Source: the human T2T-CHM13v2.0 reference genome, Homo sapiens
Strand: one strand, 5' to 3'
Assembly: GCF_009914755.1 (NCBI RefSeq)
Contig: NC_060938.1
DNA: 64,000 nucleotides
The notes beneath the pieces were generated by a model that did not search any database, was not told where the DNA came from, and saw only the letters and a list, made by a program, of their open reading frames with translations. This document shows positions 28,480 through 41,137 of this stretch, one piece after another. The stretch's first letter is position 1; each line of letters begins with the position of its first letter. A program made the translations under genes and the position numbers.

Positions 28480-30700
28480 CGCAGTGTCTTAGTGGGTTTT
28501 CACCTCCACCTCCGTACAATCAAGAGGGCAGAGAAGGCGGGGGCTGGAGGTGGCTGAAAGGGCAGGGATGGCGGTGAAACCCGGGAGGAGGCGACATTCG
28601 TGTCAGGTGGCGGTCCCAGGCAGTGTCCACAGGCCCGGAAGCCGAGGGGACCAGGCATCAAGCCCCGCGTCCAGATCCCTGCACCCGGGGGCGGGACCTG
28701 GTGTCCCGCGGTCCCCGCCCAGGTTCCTGGGGCGCTTTTCCGCAATGGCTGGCGTGGAAGCGAGAGGGGGCCCAGTTTTTCCTTGCCAGGTTGCGGGTAC
28801 AGCCAGCTCCGCGCCGGGGTTGGGCGGCGCGGCCGGGATGCTGAGAGCCCTGCGTGCTCAGCCAGGGGCGCAGGGCGGCCCTTCTGCCCAGCGCGCCCCG
28901 GGCACCAGGGATGGCTTCCCAGCTGGAGGCCGGGAGGGAGGAGAGTAAATACCCATTCTGCGGGGGCAGCCCTCGGGGGATGGTTGCGAAGGGAGAAACG
29001 AAAAATAAATCAGACAAGAGAGCCGTCCCGCCCCTCCTCGCCCGGTCCTGGCGGGCGGCGCCACTGGTCCTGCAGCCTCGGGCGTGCCCGCGCCCCCCCG
29101 AGCCCAGGGGGCGTCGCAGCGGGCCGGGCGGGCCAGGACTGCGCCTGTGTGCGGGTCCCCAGGAGCACTGCTCGCCTGCCAGCCCCGCCCGGCCGGGCCC
29201 CTCCGGCGGGATAGAGCCCTGCTTTGCTCTTTTCGTTGGCCAAGCACAATTGTGTTATTGGAGATAATGAATTCAATCCCCATCAAAGGGCATTAGGCTC
29301 GCCCGGGGCCTGGAGTTGCTGATGCCTTTTTTTTTTTTTTTTTTCAAACCAGGAATGAAAGGCTGAGGGGAAAAAAAAATTCTCTGGGGGAGCCTTTCCC
29401 CTGATCGCTGCTTTTGAAGTGAAGGGGCCCGGGCATTGTTGTTCACCTCGCGGCCCATACGGCTGAAGAAAGCCTGGGCTTTTGATGGGCTGAGAACCGC
29501 CTCGGCAGTGAGCACTCCGTCGGGCCGCGCGGCCTGCGGGCAGCATATGTCTCGGGGCACCCGGGCACCGTCTGGCGGGTGGGGCCCAGGGCCCGGTGGG
29601 GAGGGGGTTCCGCCCGGGAGGCCGGGGCTGGAATGAGGCCGGCACCCGGCGGCGGGGACCTTTGGGCTTCAGGCCTCCGGCCAGGGATCTGCCGTTCCTC
29701 CCGCCCACCTGGCGTAGCGCAGGAGATCCACCTGTGTGGCTGATGAGTCCGACTGGGAGGCCGCACAATTCTTTGGGGGTGAGGGTGGGAAAAGCTGGCT
29801 TCTCCTTGAGGGCAAGGAGCGGGCTGGTCTTTATTTTTAAGCACTGGAACCCAGCATCTAAGGTAACTGGCTCAGCTAGAGATTAATGAGTCTGAGTCCG
29901 TGAAGGTGTGCACTCGTCAAGAGGCCTTCGTGCGACACGTAGTTAGGACTTTTCACCCGTGACTCCGCACATAGCGCAGCGCGGCGGAGCTCTCGGCCCG
30001 GGGTGGGGTAGGGGGGGCGGACACTTCGCTGCAGGAGCGCGGCCCGCTCCGCCAGAGGGGCAGTTTCTCCGGCGTCCGCGGCGTCTGGCTGCGCAGTTTG
30101 TGCCCAGGACCGAGCATTAGCATCAGGTCACCTTTTCTAAAACTTGTTTCAGGCATTTAAGTTTACTTTCAGTGCCCCCAATGTGAACTTTCCCCACCTC
30201 GATTCGCTCCCCCACTCCTGGTCCGCCCCAGGGCTCTTTGGCCCAAGGGTCAGCAACCAGAGCTGTTCGGTTCCCTTCCCTGCCCTCCCCATCTCCAACC
30301 CCCTCCTCCCCTCCGCTAAGGATCCGGGTTATCCGCCCCATTAATATATTAGCCAGGCATGACACAAAGGAAGCGCGTGTCAGCAGAAGGCGGTGTGACT
30401 CCTGGGAGAGGCGAGGAAACCTGGACGAGGCCCTGCGCTACAATACGGCTCATTGCGGCTTGAGCTCATGAATCGGCCTCCACCTGCGAAAAGCGGCGGA
30501 GGACGCAGCGGTAGTTGGCGCCCAGGGTTGAGCCGCTGTTGGGTTACGGGTGTATAGCTGGACTGCGGTAGTGAAGCACAAAGCCCCCAAGTGGGACCCA
30601 GAGCTAGGGGAACGTTCCAATAATATCCTAGTCACCTGAATCATGCAAAGAAATTCCGCTTTCCAGGAGCACGGGACTAGGAGGGCGCCTACTTCCTCCC
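28480..30700. promoter_or_regulatory. CpG island downstream (3') of FOXA1
   Basis: High GC and dense CpG over ~2.2 kb with no recognisable coding exon. Confidence 0.85.
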
Positions 30701-32949
30701 TGGTGCATAATGGGCCCTTAAAATTAAATATACAAAGGATACAAACCGCCGCAGAGCTCCTTAAAGTCTTTTCATTAAATTGTTTGTGTTTTAAAACAAT
30801 CTTTGGCGTAAGAGAGAGAAACCAGAAAACTGACCCGGGATATGAGCAGGCAAGCAAAAGAATAACAAATGTACTCCTTTTTAAAAGTGTGTGTGTGTTG
30901 GGGGGGGGGGGGGCGGGGGGATTGGCTAAGGAGGTTTCCAATTTAATTCATTGTTCCCAATTTGCAGGCAATAGCAATGCTTTGGGGGGAATTTCCAGGT
31001 TGTTTTTTTCCTTGGTTTCAGAAATTAAATGAAGAGAAAAGAAAAAGCCCCTCATGTGTAATCTTGAAGGGGAGTTGAGAGACGTAAAAAGTTAAACCAA
31101 GGCAACCTCACACTTAAATTCTGAGTCAGGCCTGCCGTTGGTGTCACTGGCCTGGTTCTTGATTTCGCCAGTGACTTGACCCGCATTCCACCTGGATTCT
31201 GATGTATTCGAGCACGATTCTACTTAAGCCCTTTCCTTCCTGGATTTTGAGGGAGAATATCTTGCCTCTGTCCTTTAGGTTGACTGGAACATAGAGAACC
31301 CCAAAAGATCACGGAGTGGCACCCAGAAAAAGGAGGGCTCCTTATTTCCCGGGACTGCAAGGGGGAGGAGTGCTTACTCTCACCATGTGCTTTGCTCTTA
31401 CACTGTAGTCACAGCTAACATAATTGGAGAAATAAGGAAGTTAAATAGAAAAAGAAAGGTGGCAAGTGAGGATTTCCCCCTTGTCAGGTGTTTTAAAATG
31501 TTTATAACAGGAAAATTCATGCATTTTACAAGTTAAAATTGAATGGCATGGGTATTTTCCAGCCCCAGATTGCTTGGTAAAATGATGGTGGAGAACAAAA
31601 AGGTGAGGGCTGCAGTCCTAGCTGGCCAAAGTTCAAAGAACCATGCTGGGCTGGGGCTAAAAGAAAAACCAATGGAATTATTATGCCCCCAAACTTAGCT
31701 ATTTGGAAGAAAAAACACAAGATTTAAGGTAATCTGTTGTTAAATGTTATTTGGATACACTAACATCGTGCATGAAAATAAAACTTGTGTAAGTGGCTAC
31801 TTTAAGAAACGCTTTACCTTTCCAAATCAATTCTATTTATAAACAGGAAGATTGTGAAATATTCATGTTTTTTTCATTTCATTTTCTTACATTCTTACTC
31901 TCATGAGAATCTATTGATTCTAACGATTCTTTCAGTTTGAGAAAATTTTGTTTTTAAATTTCAGCATAATTTGATTACCTATTTAGTTCTAGATATCTTT
32001 AAAACAATCATCTTTTTGCATATAACTATCTTGGAGTAATTAGGCATGCTCTTAACTCCATTTAGTTGCAAAACACACTTTATTACAATTCAAATAAACA
32101 ATTGGTATTTAATTTTTGAAGGCAAAATATTTCCTACAAAGGTATAAAATGTCTACTAACTTATTTAAGCTATTTTATTTTTCAACGAATTTTTTCCTGT
32201 TGACATTGAGGGATCACATTAAAATACATTATAGCTAAATGTTCTACAATATTACTGCTAAATCAACAGAAAACCAATTGATCTTGAGGAAAGGTTAATT
32301 AATTTGGGTGACAGGTCTTCTACTTTGGCCAGCATTGGAAGGAATTTGTATTGATCTCGGCAGTTTTTTGCAAAGAAACTTAAGCATGTTTGTGGAATTG
32401 AGACCAATTTTTTAAAATGCCAAAACAAGGGCTTACATTTTTATCACTTCAGGACTTCTTTTCTGTTATGGCTCGTTCAAATCTGTTAGACTTCTAAGAA
32501 ATATAATGTTTTTATGCTTTCAGTGAAATCAATTAGGTATCTAGCCTTCAGAAAATGAAAACAGAGGTTGGGAGCTTTACTAGGATCTTGTTTGTTTTAA
32601 TCCCTCCTTCCCTAATAATTCTCATCAGTTTATCCTGTATGAGGGGGATCACAAAGGGACAATGGAAATTAAATTTTGCCTTTGATGTAAACACTGTATT
32701 AGCCATCATGTAGAAAATGGACGGAACTGCCTTCTACTTCCGAACACCTGTGAGTTGTTTAGTTTTTGCTGAATAGAACTGGTGAGCTTTTCTTCTTCCC
32801 TATCTTTGGTTCTGTTTTTGTCACCTTAAAAATGTTTCATACCTGCCCTTCCTAAATGCAAGGTGAGAGTAACAATTGCAGCTCCCCTCCCCTGTCCTAT
32901 GCTCACTCCCAAAACATTTGTTTTTTTCTTTTTTGTAAAAATGTTTGCT

Positions 32950-33780
32950 CGGTAGCGTTGGTGGGTCCGAGCGCCACCGGAGCTGTACACTTGGGTCAGG
33001 AGGAAGGCTTTCCCTCCTCGCCCCTCTTCGCCCCCTCCCTCCCCTCCCCGGGGACCCCTCCCCCATCTCGGGCGAAATTCCTAAGACCAGCGAGCAGGAG
33101 CACCGCGGCGGGACGGTCAGCAGCCCCTTTCCGGCCCTGGTCTTCGGGAGCTGGCGAGGTGAAGAAATGTGGAAACACCCAGACGAAAAGGGGATGGGGT
33201 GGGGGTCGCAGGAAGGCGGCGCCCTCAGGCAGGGTCTCCGCACTCCCTCGGAACCACAGATGTGTTCTTCCTGACCCAGGGGCGCAGCGCCCCAGCCCGG
33301 GCGCCCGGGTGTTTGTGTGTCCGGGTTTCCGAGGAAGGGATTACGCAGCGGGAGCAGCCGCGGCAACGCGGGCCGCCGGGGCCGCAGGAGCCGTAACGAG
33401 GCGGCTGGCCTTCTTTGTTGACTTTTAGGTCCCGGGCTCAACAGAAGATTTATTCGCTAGGAAGGGAAAATGCCCAAACAATGAAGAACTATCTGCACTT
33501 GTCACCTCGAGACGCTTGCTGTCCTGCTCTGTCCGCCTTCCCTGGCAACCAGCTGTCCTGGCCGCCAACCCGCGCGCGTCCTAACGCGCGGGTGGCAGGT
33601 CGCATCACCCAGAGGTGGCGGAGTGTGCGGTCTGAGAACTGCGAGAAGCCCACAAAGCAGGGGCTGGGCCTGCAGGCTCCCCGCGGTCCAGCTCCCGAGG
33701 CAGGTCTCCAAAGTGCCCCCGTCCCCCGCATAACTAGAAAATGTCTCCGGCAAGTAACAGAGCGAGAGCTAAGGCCAACT
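32950..33780. promoter_or_regulatory. CpG island just 3' of FOXA1
   Basis: High GC and dense CpG. Confidence 0.8.
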
Positions 33781-35115
33781 TAAGCTTGGTGGGGTGAAGG
33801 CAAGGCGCTGATGTTTCTAATACGTTGAAAAGGAGAAAGGGAACATCACAGAGAGGACAGCACAGAAGTTAAACATCTTAGATTCAGTGGGGGCGGGATT
33901 CCGAGGCCCAAGCCCACGCCTTTATATTACATTTGGAAGCTGAATTTGTTTACCTTATGTAAATAAGAGTAACTGTTGGGATTGGAAGCTTTTTTCTCTC
34001 TTTGGGACTTTGATGTCCTTCCGAGGTCTCCAAATTAGGGTTTGAAATTATTCAAACCAGTAATTTCCCTCCCCTCCTCCTTTCATTAACTGAAGTGAGT
34101 GGGGGTTTGGGATTTCTGGATTTTTTCAAGTGCTACATGGCACCCTTTCTCTCATCTGGGGAGGCAATTACGCGATAATTAAGCGACTCACACGGCTCTT
34201 TTTATCTTGTCCGCGGTGTGGAGTGGGGCGATCAAAGTAAAGGCTGTCCAAGTTCAAGCCCTGGTGAGGATGGAGTTCATACACAAGGGCTCAGGCAGGC
34301 AGGCCTCTGCTTGAGCTGGTGTTGTTATTGTTGATGTCAATCCGAACAAGACTTACAAAGAAATAGGTGGACTGGAAAGTGAGCCTGCTATCAAAGGAGA
34401 TTAATGATTTTGTGATCCCAAGCAACTATGGAGTGTGAAGTTGCATTTAAAAGCTCCTTAGAAGGAAACAAATTATCAACTTTAAGTTCTTAGGAACGAC
34501 ATTTTTGAATCAAAATTTAAAACAATCTTCACAAAATGCAAAATAGCGGCTCCCTAAAATGTCCTGTCGGTACAACGCTTCCCCTGCGAGAGTGAATTAA
34601 CTCCCCTCCTCCCACCTCCTCCAGAGCTACCCTGATGGCTAAGTTTCGTTTCTCTTTTAATGAGAAGAGAGTTCATGAGTCTCCGTTGGACACAACTTAA
34701 TTCTATCAGCCACAGCTGATATTTTATTTTCATTGGAAGAATTCTCAGATAAAGAAAAGTGATACATTGGGGAAGGAGGAAAGGTAGTTAAATTAATATT
34801 TGATTTTGTAGTGAAAAGGCTCAAAGGAAACACAGAAGGCTTAAGCCGGTGTCAAAAAAAAAAAAAAATGAAGTAAACATCACTGGGAATAAAGAATCTT
34901 AAAAATCTCAACTCTTGGAATATTAAATCAACTTATACACTTTACTTGAATTTCTTTCACTCCTTTTTACTAGCTACACATTCATTATAACAACAGACAA
35001 AACAATTTTATTTTCATTTTTGTCATTTATATTCAGTTCTAGAATTTGAAAAATATCGTATTCAGAAATATTCACTTCGGATTTAGTTAAGTGAAAAAAA
35101 ATAACAGAAATGCTC

Positions 35116-36496
35116 TTTTGTTAACATTTGATTTATTTAAAGTCCTTAACTGCAAATGATCAAGAACATTTTCCACGGCTTAAAATCTGGTATTATTTTT
35201 GTTATTTAAATCAAAATATTTTTAATTACAATCACATTGATAAAAATTAACAATTTAATTTGTAATTTTAACCATCATTTAAAGCAATTTCAGCTGTAAA
35301 GAAAAAGAATAAACCATGCAATAAATTAACATTGAGAAAGCAAAGAGAAATAATAATGAAACCCGTCTGGCTATACTAACACCATGTCCAACTGTGGAAA
35401 GTGCATAACACTGGATGAAACAAGCACACGATGGCAATGATTAAAATGGCCACTATCAATAGGATTTTTGAATCTTGGACCACGTTTTGAAATCCAGCTC
35501 CCTATAACTTATCTCTCCTCCAACATTGTAATATTCCCTTTTACTGAAAAAAAAATTCTTTAAATGGTATACACTCATAGAAACTAATTTTATGTGTTAT
35601 GTGACCTCAGAATGACATGACCATGGCACTCTGCAAAGCAAGAAGCAGAGTTCTTGAGGGCAATTCCTGAGGAATTGATTCCCAGGGCCATCTGTGGGTA
35701 GAGAGGACAAAGGGGTTGGGGTCCTTGTAACTTTCGGTCAAGCAACTCTTGAGAATGTATCATGTATATCACCTATCTATTACCTCTATATGTTATGTAA
35801 ATATACGGAGGATGTCTACACATCTGAGCATGTGCATAATTAAGTCCATACACAATATACATGTATTTCATTTAAAGACATCTGCTATCTGCATGTATCA
35901 GAAATGTAAACTGAGAAGCAAATGGCTCTGATGTTTATAATCTGTTTATGTCTTGCTATATAACAGCAGTATTGTCTTTCAATACTTTTAAGAGCCTCTA
36001 GTGTATACTTGTTTCTTCACCATTTCAATTCTTATGGTTAAGAGTATTGCCACAGACCTGTAAACTCGTAGGGGGTCAGGTAAGGAGGGGGAAAAAGCAC
36101 AAACAAATATTTTACAAACTTGACCATCTTCCTTTTTTGTTTTTTTAAATAACCCTCCACAAACTAGAATGTCTGGAGGGGAAAGAGGGAAGAAAGAGAG
36201 GGGGGCAAGGAAGGAGGAGAATTTCATATATACACTTGTGGATCATTAAACTTCGCAGGAAAAAAATTGGTTTGGGGTTGTCTTTGTAGTAATATACACA
36301 ATGAATTTTGAATACAATAATAAAGTAACAGTCTTTTGCACTGGGGGAAAGGTTGTGCATGAAAAATGAAATAAAAATAGTTGTTGGGATTTTATTATGC
36401 TGTTGACGGTTTGGTTTGTGTGGTTTTGTTTGCTGTTGATTTTTTCTCTCTTGCTACCAGCATGGCTATGCCAGACAAACCCCCCAGTCCCGGGAG
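35116..36496 (-). other. FOXA1: FOXA1 3' UTR (to the proximal poly(A) site)
   Basis: Repeat-free AU-rich sequence between the TAG stop and the AATAAA. Confidence 0.75.
35132..35137 (-). terminator. FOXA1: FOXA1 polyadenylation signal (AATAAA); further AATAAA at 35007-35012 and 34723-34728
   Basis: Minus strand ttAAATAAAtcaaatgttaacaaaagagca followed by the U/GU-rich element tttctgttatttttttt. Confidence 0.7.
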
Positions 36497-37843
36497 CTAG
36501 GAAGTGTTTAGGACGGGTCTGGAATACACACCTTGGTAGTACGCCGGCTCCAGGGCTGAGGGCTCGATGGGGCTCCTGGTGGTCACCGAGGCGCTGCCTA
36601 GAGGCAGGCTGGCGGGCAACGTAGAGCCGTAAGGCGAGTATTGCAGTGCCTGTTCGTATGCCTTGAAGTCCAGCTTATGCTGCTGCTCCGAGGAGGACAT
36701 GAGGTTGTTGATGGAGAACGGGTGGTTGAAGGAGTAGTGGGGGTCCCCTTTCAGGTGCAGCTGGGACTCGTGGGGTGCCAAGCCGTGTGCCGGGTGAGAG
36801 GCGGGCACAGAGGCCAGCGCCCCGGGCCCGGAGCTTATGGGGGGCGCAGTTGAGGAGGCTGGAGTCTTCAACTCCGAGGCGCCCCCTGTCGCCGTCGCCC
36901 CACTGTGGTCCAGAGTCTGGGGGCTGGCGGCGGGCCCGGGGGCCGGCGCGCCCTCTAGCTGGCCGGTCTTCCCGTGCACACCCCGATGGAGGGGCGAGTC
37001 GGCGCTGGGGTTAGAGGCGCCAGAGGGGTCCTTGCGGCTCTCAGGGCCGCCCTTGGCGCCGCTGCCCCCGCTTCCGCTCCCGCCCCCGCCGCCGGCCCCC
37101 GGCTGCTTCTCGCACTTGAAGCGCTTCTGGCGGCGCAAGTAGCAGCCGTTCTCGAACATGTTGCCGGAGTCCGGGTGCAGCGTCCAGTAGGAGCCCTTGC
37201 CCGGCTTGTCCGGGGAGCGTGCCACCTTGACGAAGCAGTCATTGAAGGACAGCGAGTGGCGGATGGAGTTCTGCCAGCGCTGCTGGTTCTGCCGGTAATA
37301 GGGGAAGAGGTCCATGATCCACTGGTAGATCTCGCTCAGCGTGAGCATCTTGCTGGGCGCCTGCTGGATGGCCATGGTGATGAGCGAGATGTACGAGTAG
37401 GGCGGCTTGGCGTGCGGGTAGCTGCGCTTGAACGTCTTGGCGTCGCCGCCGCCGCCCGCGCGGCTGCGGCCCAGGTTGGACGGCGCGTACGCCATGGGGC
37501 TCATGCACGGGTTCATGGCGGCCGCGTAGGGGCCCAGGCCATTCATGGAGGCCGCCTGCTGCGCACCCATGGCGCCCATGCCGCTCGGGCTCAGCGCCGT
37601 ACCCATGGCCGTCACGCCGGCCGCAGTCATGCTGTTCATGGCGCCCGCCGAGCCCCCCGGCATGCCGGTTACTGCGCCGGGACTCAGGCCGGCCCCTAGG
37701 CCCGGGTTGGCATAGGACATGTTGAAGGACGCCGGGGTCATGTTGCCGCTCGTAGTCATGGTGTTCATGGTCATGTAGGTGTTCATGGAGTTCATGGAGC
37801 CCAGGCCTGAGTTCATGTTGCTGACCGGGACGGAGGAGTAGGC
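36497..37843 (-). CDS. FOXA1: FOXA1 (HNF-3 alpha) coding exon 2, aa 25-472, including the forkhead domain
   Basis: Acceptor ...tctccactccag|GCC. Encodes [15 protein letters not shown]..., the forkhead domain ([15 protein letters not shown]...[15 protein letters not shown]...), the eh1-like [11 protein letters not shown] and C-terminus [14 protein letters not shown]. 1347+72 nt = 472 codons plus stop. Confidence 0.99.
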   Translation of the reverse strand, partial: AYSSVPVSNMNSGLGSMNSMNTYMTMNTMTTSGNMTPASFNMSYANPGLGAGLSPGAVTGMPGGSAGAMNSMTAAGVTAMGTALSPSGMGAMGAQQAASMNGLGPYAAAMNPCMSPMAYAPSNLGRSRAGGGGDAKTFKRSYPHAKPPYSYISLITMAIQQAPSKMLTLSEIYQWIMDLFPYYRQNQQRWQNSIRHSLSFNDCFVKVARSPDKPGKGSYWTLHPDSGNMFENGCYLRRQKRFKCEKQPGAGGGGGSGSGGSGAKGGPESRKDPSGASNPSADSPLHRGVHGKTGQLEGAPAPGPAASPQTLDHSGATATGGASELKTPASSTAPPISSGPGALASVPASHPAHGLAPHESQLHLKGDPHYSFNHPFSINNLMSSSEQQHKLDFKAYEQALQYSPYGSTLPASLPLGSASVTTRSPIEPSALEPAYYQGVYSRPVLNTS

Positions 37844-40032
37844 CTGGAGTGGAGACAGCGAGTGAAGAAGCCCCGGAGGGCGGGGTTAGTGGTGGGCACT
37901 GGAGGGCGGCCGTCCGGGACCTAACCCGGGGGCAAGTGCAGAGCACTTTGCAGAACACGGGACGCCCCCACCCGGGGCAAATGGCTAAGCGCCCTCCCCA
38001 GACCGAGCAAAGATGTCTTGCACGGCAGGGGGAAAATCCTAGCGCGGCAGGCATGAAAGATAAACGCTCACAGAAAATATGACCCCAGGAAGATGTGTAA
38101 TCGCCTTACACGCCAGGCTCAGGGGCTGGCTTCCAGGGCCCCCTCATCGCCTCCTCCATCCACGCCAGGCGGTATCCCAAGTCTCCACCCCAACCAGCCT
38201 CGGCAAAGCGCCCTTTGGGGGGAAATCGTTGATAGAGCAAATCACCTATGGACATGGGACCCCCTGAATCATCTGTTTCCCAACAAGTGGCTTTATTGTC
38301 CTAGGGGTTTTTGCCTATGGTGACTTTTTGTTGTTTATTGTATTTAGAAGTAGTGTTTTCTACCTGCTTGTAGCAACTGTAATGTTAAAAGGGAAGCAAA
38401 CTCAGAGTTAAATAAGTTTTGGAAAAATAAAACTAAAAGTAGATCCATAACAGAAAGGGCTGGGAGGGGGTGCTATAATAATCTCAAAGTGCTATATGCA
38501 TTTTATTTTAACATGACTTTACATGTACACCTTTGCAAGCTATTTAGAAACTCGCATTAATTTTGTCACCACTTTACAGTCCCCTGTTTGAAAAATTTGG
38601 TGACACAGTTTGTCAAAATAAATCTTTTTTTTTTTTCACATGCTGATGTTGCTGCCGATGATTTCAACGCCTGGCTTTGAGATTCCGTGAGTAGTCTTGA
38701 ATAATTTAAAATTCGAAAATCAAATTCTACTTATTTTCTCTTAATGCTATTGTATTTCCTAATTCTCAGCTTTAACATGTAAGAAAGTACTTTCGCTAGG
38801 GGTCTTAATTGAATGGTGGGGTCGAGATGACTGCGTCAGAATTAAATCTCTGGAAGACCTCTGAGCTCCTTTTAAAATCATCAACAAGCGAAAATCCTTA
38901 TCAATAGCGATGTGGGAATGCATTAGGTACAGTATTTTAAACATACAAAACCTAGGCATATTAAAAAGCACTCCTCTGGTAATTTAATAAGGAATAATGA
39001 TGTCCTTAAGTTTATTTTAATCAGCAAGTATGACTCAATTTGAAAACATGAGAACAAATAGATTTAAATAGGAACACCCAGTAAACTATGGTATGCAAAT
39101 AAACTCAGAGGTAAACTTGTGAATACATAAATCTAAATAAGTCAGTTACCATCAAAATATTACGTGATCCTATATTTTTCTGTCCACGTCTTAAAAGTAT
39201 TTTTTACCTTGGGGCTTTATTTTCTTTCCCTCTTCCCAAGATTATCCAAGGCAGTTCCAATACGCGTTTTCAATAATGGTAATTAAACTTTTGGAGGGTA
39301 ATCGCCAGCTGTTTCCAGAAAAATACTTTTAATAGGTGGTAGTCCTCCCTGTAACTGGTTTTCCCTGTAATCCTTTTGTGCACATTGTAAAAATAACCCC
39401 CATGAACGTGCCACCAAGGGGACAATGAAGAGAAACAGGTTCTCGGCCCAGAGTTGTGAAGAAGATTTTGGTCGCACTAGCGCCACCCAGCGGTTTTAGA
39501 GAAGGAGCACACTTCTCCCCAAATAGGGCTTTTGAAGAACAAGTTTTACAAAATTTAGAAATCGTTTCATTATTGAGACACCCAACTTGGCGGCAGAGCG
39601 CTTTAATCAGAAGACGTCTGCGAATTAAACGGTGGGACGAAGAGGTCGCCTTGTGGGTATGCTCCGGCTTTCTCAGAGTTGCTTCCAACTCGCACCGGCG
39701 CTCGCCCGCCCGCTGCACCCCGGGCCCGGCTCCTGCTCCCGCTCGCTGCTGGGAAGAGGCAAGCGCTTCCTAGAGCCGCTGTTTTCAAAGCCCGGAGTTT
39801 CCTAAAACTCCCTCTCCGGCTGCGAGAGTCGGGACAGAGCAGGGCAGCAGGTCCCGCTTCCAGGCCCGGCCAAGGCCCGGCCGGGGCCACACCGGCGGGC
39901 GGGCAGCGGTGGCACCGAGAAGGCGCCCCCGGCCCCCCTGCCTGCCTTGCCTGGCGCCCACCGCTCCCCGGCCTCCCCCGGCACGGGCTCCAGCGGCGCC
40001 CCACCGGCCGCCCGCCTCGCCTTGCCTCTCAC
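37844..40032 (-). other. FOXA1: FOXA1 intron (GT-AG, phase 0, 2189 nt)
   Basis: Donor GAG|gtgaga at 40032 and acceptor AG at 37845-37844. Confidence 0.97.
39480..39493 (-). promoter_or_regulatory. Candidate CTCF site in the FOXA1 intron
   Basis: Minus strand CCGCTGGGTGGCGC followed by TAGTG. Confidence 0.6.
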
Positions 40033-40104
40033 CTCCTGCGTGTCTGCGTAGTAGCTGTTCCAGTCGCTGGTTTCATGCCCTTCCATCTTCACAGTTCCTA
40101 ACAT
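40033..40104 (-). CDS. FOXA1: FOXA1 coding exon 1 (MLGTVKMEGHETSDWNSYYADTQE)
   Basis: Characteristic FOXA N-terminus; ATG at 40104 in aggATGt context; 72 nt ending at a consensus donor. Confidence 0.99.
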
Positions 40105-40133
40105 CCTGGAGCCACCCTGCCCAATACAACCAT
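40098..40133 (-). other. Upstream ORF MVVLGRVAPGC* overlapping the FOXA1 start codon
   Basis: ATG at 40133, 29 nt upstream and out of frame. It reads GGA TGT TAG across the main ATG. Translation is not demonstrated. Confidence 0.6.
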
Positions 40134-40759
40134 CCAGCCCTGTGCGAAGCGACGGGCGGCCGCGCGGCGCGGGGCGGGGGAGGGGAGCTGAGCAGCTGCA
40201 GTCACCCGAGCGCCCGCGCGGGCCCAACGCCACCCGGGCGAAGAGGAAGCCCAGAGCTGCGGGGCGCGGCGTGCGCGGCGGCGGCGGCGCGGCGGGCGGG
40301 GGCAGCGCCGGGGGCAGGCGGCTGCCGCGGAGCGCGGCGCCGGGGAGCGCCTCCGCGGGAAGTGAGCGGGCTGCCTCTGCGAGGCAAGTGCAGTTGAGCT
40401 GATGTGGATCTTACGTCGCTTGAGTGCCCACCTCCTCGTCCTCTCCCCATTTGTCCGCCGCACAAAGACGCTCGCACCTACAAAGCCCGAGGTGCACCTG
40501 CAAGGCGGCCGCCCGCCAGTCCGGCCGCCGCGCCTCCCGCCCCGCCGCTTCACCGCTGCGCGCGACCCCTCCCCCGCGACCCCTCCCCCAAGCGGGGCCC
40601 TCACTTTGTTTGCAAAGCAGTGTAATTGGTTTAGGCCCGGAGGCTAGGGAAAGAGGGAAATTGGGAGGGAGGGGGTGTAACCCCCTTTGGAAAAAGAAAA
40701 AATAGGCGGGGCCAGGCGGGCGGGCGGGCTAGGGCTCTGGATCGGAACCTCGCAGCCGG

Positions 40760-41137
40760 AGAAGGCCGGGGGCGGTGGCGTCGGAGACTGGGCTTAGAGA
40801 CCTTGTGGGATAACTGACCCCGGGGTCCCTCCCCAGAGGTACACGCCACCTTCCGAGCGCGGGCTGCGGCCCAGTCTCGCGCCCCTCCTGCTCTTTGCTT
40901 CCTCCCTCCTGATTCCTGACCCAAAGTTCAACCCCGGGAGACTGGAGAATACAGACTTTTTTTTTTCTTTCCTCCTGAGAGCTTCAGACTAGAAAAGGGA
41001 AAAAGCCCCACTTTTGCTTCGTCACTAGAAACCGGGTCATCTGAGTCAGCCGAGCCAAGTGACGTTAGGCCGACCCGGGCCCCGGGCTAGCAGAGCGGAG
41101 GCGCTGCCACGAAACTCGTACCTGCGGCTAAGAGCAG
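40760..41137 (+). other. TTC6: Probable non-coding first exon of TTC6 (start approximate)
   Basis: Perfect donor CAG|GTGAGT at 41138; TTC6 is known to lie head-to-head with FOXA1. Confidence 0.6.

Noticed and set aside
28500-33783. ORFs of 100-206 aa in the 3' CpG islands (similar ones at 43-45 kb and 56 kb)
   Set aside because: Low-complexity translations in all frames, no domains and no coherent exon structure.
36974-37699. 241-aa antisense ORF over FOXA1 exon 2
   Set aside because: Expected shadow ORF of a high-GC3 coding exon; no recognisable domain.
36497-37816. 439-aa ORF taken as the full protein
   Set aside because: It begins at internal Met34; the true start is in exon 1 at 40104.
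37239-38054. 271-aa His-rich alternative-frame ORF
   Set aside because: Starts in the intron; its His richness simply reflects the shifted reading of many C-ATG Met codons.
39802-40032. Exon 1 ORF continuing into the intron
   Set aside because: It runs past a consensus donor; at most an intron-retention by-product.
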